This document shows, one piece after another, positions 48,402 through 59,713 of a stretch of 64,000 bases of DNA. The notes under the pieces were generated by a model. That model was not told where the DNA came from. It ran no database searches and saw only the letters and a list, made by a program, of their open reading frames with translations. The position numbers and the translations under genes were made by a program. The stretch's first letter is position 1. Each line of letters starts with the position of its first letter. This stretch comes from Octopus sinensis (Eukaryota): positions 7,750,001-7,814,000 of the forward strand of contig NC_043024.1 in NCBI RefSeq assembly GCF_006345805.1. Reading direction: 5' to 3'.

Positions 48402-48722
48402 CAATGATGATGATGACAAAGACGATGATGATGATGATGACAATGACAAAGACGATGATGATGATGATGACGATGATGATGATGATGATGATGACAATGA
48501 TGATGATGACAAAGACGATGATGATGATGATGACAATGACAAAGACGATGATGATGACAATGACAAAGACGATGATGATGACAATGATAAGCTACAGTAA
48601 ACTAAACCAATGTTATTTTTCTCTCTATTGCAGATCCTGGTTTCCTACAAAAGGTCGGTTACACACACTACATCAACCTTCTCAGAAAGATAAGGTACAT
48701 CCCGGTCGTCCACAGCGACTAA
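44753..48722 (+). CDS. Small secreted protein (102 aa): signal peptide, chitin-binding-type-2-like Cys module, basic/aromatic tail
   Basis: Exons 44753-44839 (MAPKSSMSALLFIGCLLFLNVQAKEIGQL; acceptor TTCAG ends at 44744, donor GTGAGT), 45975-46107 (VSCSMKACVEDPGKYFEFNTSYYVMRTCADGMFYDPLRCGCSLY; AAG acceptor, donor GTAAGT) and 48634-48722 (YPGFLQKVGYTHYINLLRKIRYIPVVHSD*; TTGCAG acceptor). Phases 0 and 1 match, and AATAAA lies at 48861. Exon 3 is the least certain. Confidence 0.72.
45163..45385. repeat. Local direct duplication (~80 bp)
   Basis: TATGTGATGAAGCAAATTTTGCTGAACCCTAATTATAATTATACTC occurs at about 45165 and 45303. Confidence 0.8.
46135..47030 (-). mobile_element. tRNA-derived SINE family D, tandem partial copies (related copies at 7415-7720 plus and 39850-40190 minus)
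   Basis: Head GTGGAGGCGCAATGGCCCA.TGGTTAGGGCAGC...GATTCCCAGACC with a (CAA)n tail; ~240 bp direct duplication. Confidence 0.8.
47985..48590 (+). repeat. Compound (GAT)n / GACAAAGAC / GACAAT trinucleotide repeat
   Basis: Directly visible; lies in intron 2 of the small secreted-protein gene. Confidence 0.9.
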
Positions 48723-49345
48723 GGAGGAGTTCCCCCTGCTCTGTCCATGGATCAAATCACACTAAATTCAAAACAAGAGCCCTCACAACAATTTTAACGT
48801 TGCATTTTGTTTCTTTGTTGCTGTTGCTCTCGTTTTTTGTTTTGTTTTCAAGCCAAATGAAATAAAAAGCTAAATTTGATCAATTTAAAAATATTGAATA
48901 TTTTGTTGTTTCTCTTTTTCACTACCTTTCCATACATACATACACACACACACACACACATATATATATACTAGCAGTATCGCCCGGCATTGCTCGGGTT
49001 TGTAAGGGAAATAACTATAAAGCATTTTTTAGAGAGTTATAGCCAAAAAATAGCAAAAAAATGGGAAAAAAATTATGGTAAATTTTTTTGAGAGTTAAAA
49101 AGGTCGAGTTGCGTCCCCTAGACAGTCTGTGGTTTGTGTTTCTGATTCTGGACCCCATGTCGAATTTATCGATTTTTTTCAGAACTGTGGGAACTTTTCA
49201 AAATTTTCGCTGCGTTAGTTTTGAATTATGACATTGGGCTATGTGTGTGTCAAGTTTCATCAGAATCGGTTGAAAGCCGTGGTCAGGGTGAGGGTACAAC
49301 CAAACAGACACACAGACACGCAGACAGACAAACTGCCGTTTATAT

Positions 49346-49386
<41 letters not shown>

Positions 49387-49687
49387 TAAATTAGAGATAA
49401 AACCACTATTAGGCAAATCATACAATGAAAAACTTAAGCCAATACATAAGATTAATTAATTTATATTATTTTAAATATATATCAAAATTATTTTTAAAAA
49501 ATAATTAGTATAACACTATGATCGTTTCATGGCTGTCCAATTCTTAAAAATTCGAGTTACAGTCATTCTCCAGGTGATTGAAATATTTGACTTGGCGAGG
49601 TTTAATCAATGAACTAATTTTTACTTTTCAAAAATTCCAATTCTAAAGGGTCGAAACAAATCCGAGCCTCGCCGAGCGATACTGCTA

Positions 49688-49752
<65 letters not shown>

Positions 49753-49794
49753 CTAGCAGTATATATATATATATATATATAATATATATATATA

Positions 49795-50538
49795 TACTAG
49801 CAGTATCGCTCGGCGAGGCTCGGATTTGTTTCGACCCTTTAGAATTGGAATTTTTGAAAAGTAAAAATTTTGCCTTATGCAACTTGTTATTCTCTTCAAG
49901 TGAACATTTTTCCAGTTGAAATACACCGAAAAATGACAACACAGCAGTCAAAATATCGTAAAAAATAGGGATTTTCATAGAAAATAAAGCACCTTTTTGA
50001 TGTAAATAATTTTTGGTGTTAACATGGTCCGATTTGATTTTTTATCTTCTACGAAATGAAGAGCAAGCCTTCTTCTATCATACTCTCAATTTTGGTCAAC
50101 TTGCGCTGCAGGGTCTCGAAGGAGATAGTGTTAGTTGAAGGCTACCAAACCTGCCACCGCCCAGCGTTGCTCGGGTTTGTTTCGACCTTTTAGAATTGGA
50201 ATTTTTGAAAAGTAAAAATTTTGCATTATGTAGCTTGTTATTCTCTTTAAGTGAACATTTTACTGGTTGAAATACACCAAAAATTGACGACACAGCAGTC
50301 AAAAATTCGTAAAAAATAGGGATTTTCATAGGAAAAAAGCACCTTTTTGATCTAAATAATTTTTGGTGTTAACATGGTCCGATTTGAATTTTATCTTCTA
50401 CGGAAGGAAGAGCAAGCCTTCTTCTACCATACTCTCAATTTTGGTCAACTTGCGCCACAGAGTCTCGGAGGAGATAGTGTTAGTTGAAGGCTACCAAACC
50501 TGCCACACACAGACAACTTCAGCTTTATATATATAGAT
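49795..50538 (+). mobile_element. Helitron-like element with an internal ~350 bp dimer (partial copy at 42481-43010)
   Basis: ACTAGCAGTAT 5' end; the dimer junction CCTGCCAC|CGCC is present in both copies; 3' end CTTCAGCTTTATATATATAG. Confidence 0.6.
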
Positions 50539-52394
50539 TTGCTACAGACTACTTTCCATCCTTAATAATGAAACTTGATAGATCCAAAAGTTAAGCACAC
50601 AGACACACAAGTTGAGTTTTATATATATATATTTCTTAACAGGGATTTCAGGGGAGAGTTTCAGGGAGTCGCTGGTGATGTATTGTGATGATCAAAAATC
50701 TGCCCTGCTAAAATTTGGTTAAAGTGATTCAAACTGCAGAGTCAATGCAAAATGGTCACATTTAATTCAAAGCATTAAAAATGTTATGAAAACAATTGGT
50801 ATGTGTTCACAAAGTCCAAACGATTAATATGAAAAAACCCTCCAGGCTACATCCTGAAAATTCATTTCTTTGCCGAATTCCTACAATGTTTATGGCGATT
50901 CATTTTTATATCTTGATTTTTTATTTTTCACGCAATTTACGCATGCTTGCACATACGGTGAACACAGTTCACATCAAACAGCTGACTGAGTAAAGTTCAC
51001 TATTCAATGCATGGGATAAGGCCTAAACAAACACATTATCAATTTTTGCACTTGCGAGATGAATTTCGGAACAGAAATAGCGCAGTTCAGTTTTCATTCG
51101 CCTAAACTTTAAGTGACTCATTTTTGGTGGTTCTACGATTTGTTGGCTAGGAGGAAATGTGCCGGGAAGTTAAACACACAGACACACACACACAGACACA
51201 CAAGTTGAGTTTTATATATATAGATATATTCAAATATTCTATAATTATAAACATAATTATAATCAGGGGTCAGCAAATTGCTTTGCCACACACCAAATTT
51301 AGAAATAGGAGTTAAAACTCCTTTTCTGCTACCATAAGAATCTCTCAGACAGTAACACACTTTTTTACGTAGGCAAAAAGAAAAAATAACAAATCCACAC
51401 GACTCAGATTAGCTACATACGTGTTTCGAGATTAAAGTAAAGTTATACTCTCTCTTTTACTCTTTTACTTGTTTCAGTCATTTGACTGCGGCCATGCTGG
51501 AGCACCACCTTTAGTCGAGCAAATCGACCCCGGGACTTATTCTTTGTAAGCCCAGTACTTATTCTATCGGTCTCTTTTGCCGAACCGCTAAGTGACGGGG
51601 ACGTAAACACACAAGCATCGGTTGTCAAGCAATGCTAGGGGGACAAACACAGACACACAAACACACACATACATATATATACATATATATACATACATAT
51701 ATACGACAGGCTTCTTTCAGTTTCCGTCTACCAAATCCACTCACAAGGCATTGGTCGGCCCGGGGCTATAGCAGAAGACACTTGCCCAAGATGCCACGCA
51801 GTGGGACTGAACCCGGAACCATGTGGTTGGTTAGCAAGCTACTTACCACACAGCCACTCCTGCACCTTATATTTACTTATTTCTCATCTTCAGTGCAGCG
51901 TTTCAAAATATAACTTTGAGAGTGTTAGAATTAAATATGTACGCTATTAAGGGCCATTGCATAACCAATATTCAACTAACACTTTCAAAGATATACAGCC
52001 GAATGTGAACCCGTATTTATCCTCAAATACCTAAAAAGGTTATTTTAACATACCGAACTACTTGGGAAAATGATTAATTATTGATTAATTAATTGATTAA
52101 TTAATTTTACCCTTTTAGGAAGGGCATCCAGCTGTAGAAACACTGTCAGATCAAACTGGAGCCTGGTGCAGCCTCCGGGCTTCCCAGATTCCGGTCGAAC
52201 AGTCCAACCCATGCTAGCATGGAAAACAGACATTGAACGATGATGATGATATATATATATATATAACGGGAAGCTTTATGAAAATAGACAAAAGACGAAG
52301 GCAGGTTTACGGAAATAAACAAAAGACGAAGGCAGGTGGAATACAAACAAACAATTGTATTAGTATGGCGCTCAGGAAATATAAATAAAACAAG

Positions 52395-52432
52395 TCTTTA
52401 ACGTTTCGCGCCTACGCTCTTCAACAGAAAGA
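52395..52432 (-). ncRNA. Minimal hammerhead-like motif (CUGUUGA variant); related copy at 34875-34911 on the plus strand
   Basis: Minus strand reads TCTTT-CTGTTGAA-GAGC(GTAG)GCGC-GAAACGTT-AAAGA. Confidence 0.4.
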
Positions 52433-52709
52433 TACACAGAGAAAAAACACAGAAAGAAGGAGAGAAAAAAAATATGCGTGCAGAGACTAGCGAATCAACA
52501 TATATATATATATATATATATCTCACTTTGGCATTGTGAAACCAATAACCTAATGTAGAATTCAATATACATATGTTCCAGAATTAAGTGTTTGTGCTGA
52601 GTAAAGAGTGGTAATAAGAAAGAGTGATGACAAAAGAATAAATGATTATTCATTCATTTGGTTTTTTCTTTCCTACATATGTACATATGTATGTATGTAT
52701 GTATGTGTG

Positions 52710-52769
<60 letters not shown>

Positions 52770-53222
52770 GTAGGCTGCCACTAATCTGGCAACCTGTAAT
52801 CTGATACAAATTTTGGCAAAAAAATTTCAAATACTTTCAAATTGTGGCCATGCTGGAGCACCAGAAGTGAATATATATATATATACTCTTTACTCTTTTA
52901 CTTGTTTCAGTCATTTGACTGCAACCATGCTGGAGCACCGCCTTTAATCGAGCAACTTATTCTTTTGTAAGCCCAGTACTTATTCTATCGGTCTCTTTTG
53001 CCGAACCGCTAAGTAACGGGGAGGTAAACACACCAGCATCGGTTGTCAAGCAATGTTGGGGGGACAAACACAGTTTCCGTCTACCAAATCCACTCACAAG
53101 ACATTGGTCGGCCCGGGCTATAGCAAAGACACTTGCCCAAGGTGCCACGCAGTGGGACTGAACCTGGAACCATGTGGTTGGTTAGCAAGCTACTTACCAC
53201 ACAGCCACTCCTGCGCCTATAT

Positions 53223-53283
<61 letters not shown>

Positions 53284-53624
53284 ATCATCATCATCATCAT
53301 CATCGTTTAGCGTCCGTTTTCCATGCTAGCATGGGTTGGACGGTTCTACTGGGGTTTGTGAAGCCAGAAGGCTTCATCAGGCCCAGTCAAATCTGGCAGT
53401 GTTTCTACGGCTGGATGCCCTTCCTAACGCCAACCACTCCGTGAGTGTATATATATATATATATATATTAAATTAGAGATAAAACCACTATTAGGCAAAT
53501 CAAACAGTGAAAAACATTAACCAAAATATAGAAATAAAATTAATTAATATAATATACAAAATAATTAAAATATAAATTTGTGATCTGCACTATCGATTTA
53601 GATAAAAAAAAATAATTAAATTAT

Positions 53625-54040
53625 TGTATACAGTGCCCAAGTGCACCACAACTTGTCAGAAAGTGCGTATAAAGTATATGCAGTAATGTACAAATGTCTG
53701 GAAAGTGAACAGTGTATGAGTCAGATACATGCTTGTGTGTGTATGGAGGGGAGAAAATCAAGTGTAGTGTTGGTGAATCTCTTGAAGCATGGAAGTTTTG
53801 AAGGATGCAGTGCTCCGACAACTAACAACTGATGCCGGCAGTTTGTTCCATGCTTCAGCAACTCTCAGCTTGAAAAAATGTTTCCTGAAGTCATGGGAGC
53901 TGTGCTGTTTTCTGACTTTGTAAATATGCCCACGGGTGTTAGACGGGTGGAGTTTGAAAAGGTGCTCAAAGTTAGGGGCCCAGTTACTAGAAGTTGAACA
54001 CATCCTTTCCAGTGCGCAAAGACTACAGGGACTGGATTAG
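53625..54040 (-). mobile_element. CR1/L2-group LINE 3' end
   Basis: TRGHIYKVRKQHS...RKHFFKLRVAEAWNKLP. Related 3' stubs at about 44165-44265 and 56445-56900. Confidence 0.75.
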
Positions 54041-54049
54041 TGAACTAGT

Positions 54050-54800
54050 GAGACAGCAGTCGATGGGGGGCAATTGTTAACAACCAGTGGTGGATAGCCT
54101 TGAGGAGGGCAATTAGAGCAGAATCAATAGGGTTTAGCAAAGAGTTAGCAATAGGAAGAAACAGATTAGGGGAACTAGTTAGCAAACTAGAAGGGGTGAT
54201 TGGTAAAGGTATTGCGACTGATGTGTTAGGGGTGAAAATGGCTCTTGACCATTTGTTTGAGGTGAAACACAAAGGTTGCATTGTCAGAGCTAAGGCCCAT
54301 GCATTAAAACATGAGGGAACTAAAGCCATCCAATGAGCTCGAATGGTGGAGATGGGACATGGCAAGAAAACCACGACCCGGTCTTCCACGGATCAGGATG
54401 AGCACATGCTACATGGTTCTGAGCAGATGCGTGCAGCTTTCCAACAGGACTTTGCACAACTGTTTGGAGGGGGCGATGGATCAACGATGGTAATGGGCTT
54501 TAGTTTGTACCTAGAATGCCTGCTACAGCTCTTGGCAGCAGGCACTAGGTTCTGCAAAAAACCAATAATGGCCACTGAAACACAAGAGACGATGAGCGAT
54601 TTCACAAGTCACAAATCACCGGGTTTAGATGGTCTGCCTCATGAATTCTATGTGTTCATGCCAGATTTGTTTGGTGACCACTTGGCAGATGTTTACCACA
54701 ACTGGTAACAGAATGGGAGAGTTCCCAGTGCTGTTACTCGGGGTGTGGTGATGCTGCTGAAGAAGGACACCAACAGTGGGAACATATTAAGGAATCTCAG
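54050..54800 (+). mobile_element. L1/Tx1-like LINE ORF2 fragment
   Basis: KSPGLDGLPHEFY...DLFGDHLADVYHNW...TRGVVMLLKKD, with stops. Confidence 0.65.
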
Positions 54801-55061
54801 CGCAGACCTGTGAGTTGGAGCAAAAGAGTTGGAAAAGGTATTTGTCCATGATATTCAGGGTGATCTTAGATGGCAGGGTTCCTTGATCATCCCTAGTGGT
54901 CCTCCTGTACCAGGAGGGCCCCGCTCCATCACAAAAATTGACCACATGAAGTCAACTCTGTATTCCCATTCCCCATTGATCTGATAAAATTTTAAATGTT
55001 ATCACACCTGTACCAACTCAAGATTTTTCTAAAATCCAGGAATGAGGGACCATGTCATATA

Positions 55062-55356
55062 CTTACTTGTACTTGTACTTGTGACGGCGTTCACTCAGGG
55101 CGGGTTGAGCCAGTTTCTTCTCTGTTCCTAACGGCATCATGAACCATGGCGGCCCATGCTCGACGGTCCTGTGCGAGGTCACTGGAGATAGTGAGCCATT
55201 CGCGGTTCCATCTGGGCAGACCTACCACCTGCGGACCCGAGAGTTTGGAGAGGTCCTCCTTTATCGTCGTTGCCCAGGTCTTCAGCCGCCCGCCCGTGCG
55301 TTTGCGCCAGCTGGGAAGTGGAGGTGGTAGGTGGACATCGCGAATCAGCTCACCCT
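55062..55356 (-). mobile_element. SR2-like RTE LINE 3' end
   Basis: SWRKRTGGRLKTWATTIKEDLSKLSGPQVVGLPRWNREW...LAQDRRAWAAMVHDAV...GSTRPE* followed by an (ACAAGT)n tail. Confidence 0.8.
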
Positions 55357-55599
55357 CTGGACACTTCTATGAATCCTACTATGAATCCATGTCATATGCT
55401 TTCTAATAATCAATCCACAGTGTACCCAGATTAGTATGTCTTTTGCAACCATTCAGTAACATTCTATCTATCAGAAGTTGACCCCTTGTCCTTCAGCTTT
55501 TCCTTCTGTATCCCTTCTGTTCTACTGGCAATTTGTCATTCACTTCCAGGAATTCATACACACAATTAGATATTATTCCTATCATCTACTTCCACATCA

Positions 55600-56316
55600 A
55601 GTCCATCCCCTCCTCACCATGATGGGGACACTGGCAACGGGTAGTGTCAAAGCTATGCTGTTGGGAACTTCGGTTCCTGGTAGGGCCACCCAAGGCGGAT
55701 TGCTCTGACACCGAGTGGTATTAGGGCCACAACCCGGCAGACAGGGCTCTGGTGAAAATCCTCGGAGTGTCTGCGTCCCCAAAGTCCATCTGCTCCTCAC
55801 CGTGGTGAGAACGCTGGCAACGGGTAGTGTCAGAGCTATGCCGTCGGGAACTTCGGTTCCTGGTAGGGCCACCCAAGGCAGATTGGTCTGACACCGAGTA
55901 GTATTAGGGCCACAACCCTGCAGACGGAGCTCTGGTGAAAATCCCTGGAGTGTCTGTTTCGGTAACTGGCGGCTCCTCGGTCGTTCTGTCCCTGCGTCTG
56001 CGGACAATCTGCGGCAAACAGGATGTCTCTACATGCGGGATTGTTGGGGACCGCTTGTGAAATCTACATATTCCCACGACCATCAGGAACTTCGGTTCCT
56101 GGTAGGGCCACCCAAGGTGGATTGGTCTGACACCGAGTGGTATTAGGGCCACACCCGGCAGACGGGGCTCTGGTGAAAATCCTCGGAGTGTCTGTTTCGG
56201 TAACTGGCGGCTCCTCGGTCATTCTGTCCCTGCGTCTGCGGACAATCTGTGGCAAACAGGATCTCTCTACATGTGAGATTGTTGGAGACCGCTTGTGAAA
56301 TCCACATATTCCCACA
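55600..56316. repeat. GC-rich block repeat, A-B-A-B-C-B-C
   Basis: Core block GGAACTTCGGTTCCTGGTAGGGCCACCCAAGG at 55664, 55847 and 56086. Confidence 0.8.
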
Positions 56317-56904
56317 AAACTTCTTCCGTGGTAGAAGAAGCCGACTCAACCCGTCCAGGGTGAATGTCACCACAAGTACAAGTAAGTACATCAAGGGCAG
56401 GTAGGAAATTGACCAGTAATTATCCACTGCATTACCTTTAAATAATAATAATGAAATTATTGTATACAGGCACAGGAGTGGCTGTGTGGTAAGTAGCTTG
56501 TTTACCAACCACATGGTTCCGGGTTCAGTCCCACTGCGTGGCACCTTGGGCAAGTGTCTTCTACTATAGCCTCAGGCCGACCAAAGCCTTGTGAGTGGAT
56601 TTGGTAGACGGAAACTGAAAGAAGCCTGTCGTATATATGTATATATATATATATATGTGTGTTTGTGTGTCTGTGTTTGTCCCCTCCCAACATCGCTTGA
56701 CAACTGATACTGGTGTGTTTATGTCTCCGTTACTTAGCGGTTCAGCAAAAAGAGACCAATATAATAAGTACTGGGCTTACAAAAGAATAAGTCCCGGGGT
56801 CGAGTTACTCAATTAAAGGCGGTGCTCCAGCATGGACGCAGTCAAATGACTAAAACAAGTAAAAGAGTAAAGAGAGAGAGAGTGCTCAGGTGCACCACAA
56901 CTGA

Positions 56905-59040
56905 GATCCTTTGACAAAGAACTGTTTTTCTGCGGGCATGCACTTTAGGGATTTCCACCCCGTTGTTGTGTTGACCATTTCATCCATTTATTTGTGCAGT
57001 TATTCTTTGGTGTAATCCTGGGAAATTTTTCAATTAATACCTTTGTGCCCCATCTGGGCCAGAACATTTCCAGTTTGGAACCTTTGTTCTCTTCTCTGTC
57101 ACCATTTCATTTGTTATTCTTATATTGTTCTGTTTCACTTCATTTTTCTCAGATTTTTAATTCCTTCAACCGTTCAGCATTTTTCTTACAATTTCTTCCA
57201 TTATCCTACACATTACTGCAAAACTTCCAACTTTCTACAGTGTCTGGTTTCTCACTGCTGTTAACCCCTTCGTTACCAACCTGGCTGAAACCGGCTCTGG
57301 TTCTGTAGTACAAATGTCTTGTTTAATTGTTGAATTAAAATCTTCCACTAAACCTTAGTCACAATTTATGTTCCTAACACTAGCTGAATGATAACTAAAT
57401 TATTTAACTAAATTCTTTGTTATATTTAACCCTTTTGTTACCAACCCAGCTGAAACCACCTCTGGCTCTGTAGTACAAATGTCTTGTTTTCATAAGTTTT
57501 GAATTAAAATCTTCCACCAAACCTTAGTCACAATTTATGTTCCTAACACTAGCTTAATGATTACTAAGTTATTTTACTAAATTCTTTGTTATATTTAACC
57601 CTTTTCATACCAACCCGGCTGAAACTGCCTCTGGCTCTGTAGTACAAATGTCTTGTTTTCATAAGTTTTGAATTAAAATCTTCCACCAAACCTTAGTCAC
57701 AATTAATGTTCCTAACACTAGCTGAATGGTAACTAAGTTATTTTACTAAATTTTTTATTATATTTATAGTAATTGAGAGAAACACAGAGCATCTCAACAG
57801 AAATATGGTAACAAAAGGGTTAACAAATGATCAATTTAACCCTTTTGATACTAACCCACCTGAAACTGCCTCTGGCTCTGTAGTACAAATGTTTTGTTTT
57901 CATAATTTCTGAATTAAAATCTTCCACCAAACCTTAGTCATAATTTATGCTCCTAACACTAGCTGAATGATAACCAAGTTATTTTACTAAATTGTTTGTT
58001 ATATTTAACCCTTTCGATACCAACCCGGCTGAAACTGCCTCTGGCTCTGTAGTACAAATATTTTGTTTTCATAATTTCTGAATTAAAATCTTCCACCAAA
58101 CCTTAAATACACAATTTATGCTCCTAACACTAGCTGAATGATAACCAAGTTATTTTACTAAATTCTTTGTTATATTTAACCCTTTTGATACCAACCCGAC
58201 TGCAACAGCCTCTGGCTCTGTAGTACAAATGTCTTGTTTTCATAAGTTTTGAATTAAAATCTTTCACCAAACCTTAGTCACAATTTATGCTCCTAACACT
58301 AGCTAAATGATAACTAAGTTATTTTACTAAATTCTTTATTATATTTAAAGTAATTGAAAGAAACACAAAGCATCTCAACAGAAATATGGTAACAAAAGGG
58401 TTAACAAATGATCGATTTAACCCTTTTGATACCAACCCATTTGAAACTGCCTCTGGCTCTGTAGTACAAATGTTTTGTTTTCATAAGTTCTGAATTAAAA
58501 TCTTCCACCAAACCTGAATCACAATTTATGTTCCTAACTCTAGCTTAATGATAACGAAGTTATTTTACTAAATTCTTTGTTATATTTAAAGTAATTGAAA
58601 GAAACAGAGCATCTCAAAATAAATACAGTAACGAAAGGGTTAATCTTTCTGTTCAGCTGTTGATAAAACCTTTCCTGATTCTGCTGGAACAATCTATTGA
58701 TTTTATATTGATCAATTCTCTAGCTATATCTCTTGATATTTGTAGCTTTAGCCTGCAGCCTTTGTTTCCGCTCTTCAAGGTCTATTTTTGGCCCCTTTTT
58801 CTTTATCCTATATCTACATTCTAGTTCCAGATATTTCTCCTTCTTCCTGATTTCACCTTTTTTTCTTTCTTTCCAAAGTACTGACGTTTCTGTAGTTCAT
58901 TCATTGATTTCTTTATTCTTCTTTTCCACCAAATAATTTTTGCTACATTTTCTCTTTTACCGTTTTGGTCCAAGGCCTACTTTCCTTCCTTTACAGATGA
59001 TACAAGCTTTAATCAATCTGTTCATTCCAGTTGTATTATC
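56905..59040 (-). mobile_element. Dong/R4-clade LINE ORF fragment, split by the MITE array
   Basis: 58645-59040 gives EERKQRLQAKATNIKRY..RIDQYKINRLFQQNQERFYQQLN. 56905-57260 continues with EKPDTVESWKF...NWKCSGPDG...FPGLHQRITAQ...KTVLCQKD. Contains stops and frameshifts. Confidence 0.7.
57261..58643 (+). mobile_element. Tandem array of 7 piggyBac-like MITE units with flanking TTAA
   Basis: Units start at 57265, 57430, 57599, 57840, 58009, 58180 and 58421. Outer ends are CCCCTTCGTTAC and GTAACGAAAGGG with TTAA on both sides. Confidence 0.8.
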
Positions 59041-59211
59041 TATCTTTACTTTTTTACTTGTTTCAGTCTTGACTGCGGCCATGCTGGAGCACTGCCTTTA
59101 GTCAAGCAAATCGATCCCAGGACTGATTCTTTGTAAGCTTAGTACTTATTCTATCAGTCTCTCTAGCTGAACTGCTAAGTTACAGGGACAAACACAGATG
59201 CACAAACATAC

Positions 59212-59258
<47 letters not shown>

Positions 59259-59512
59259 TATATGACATATATGTCATGTGAGGCTGTACTGCCATGAGGT
59301 CGATTTCAGCTCCTCTGGCCCCTTGCGTCGGTGGCACATAAAAAGCACCCACTACACTCTCAGAGTGGTTGGCGTTAGGAAGGCCATCCAGCTATAGAAA
59401 CACTGCCAGATCAAGATTGGAGCCTGGTGCAGCCTCCTGGCTTCCCAGACCCCAGTCGAAACGTCCAACCCATGCCAGCATGAAAAACGGACGTTAAACG
59501 ATGATGATGATA

Positions 59513-59585
<73 letters not shown>

Positions 59586-59612
59586 TATCATCATCATCGT
59601 TTAACGTCCGTT

Positions 59613-59657
<45 letters not shown>

Positions 59658-59713
59658 TACGTTTAAATATTTGATGTGCAAGATTTTTTATGTGAAGTTG
59701 TGTGTTGAAACAG

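Noticed and set aside
56086-56240. HDV-like ribozyme in the GC-rich block (CTAAT motif, nested pairings)
   Set aside because: I could not fit a canonical P3/L3/P1.1 geometry by eye; it is kept only as a test under the block-repeat finding.
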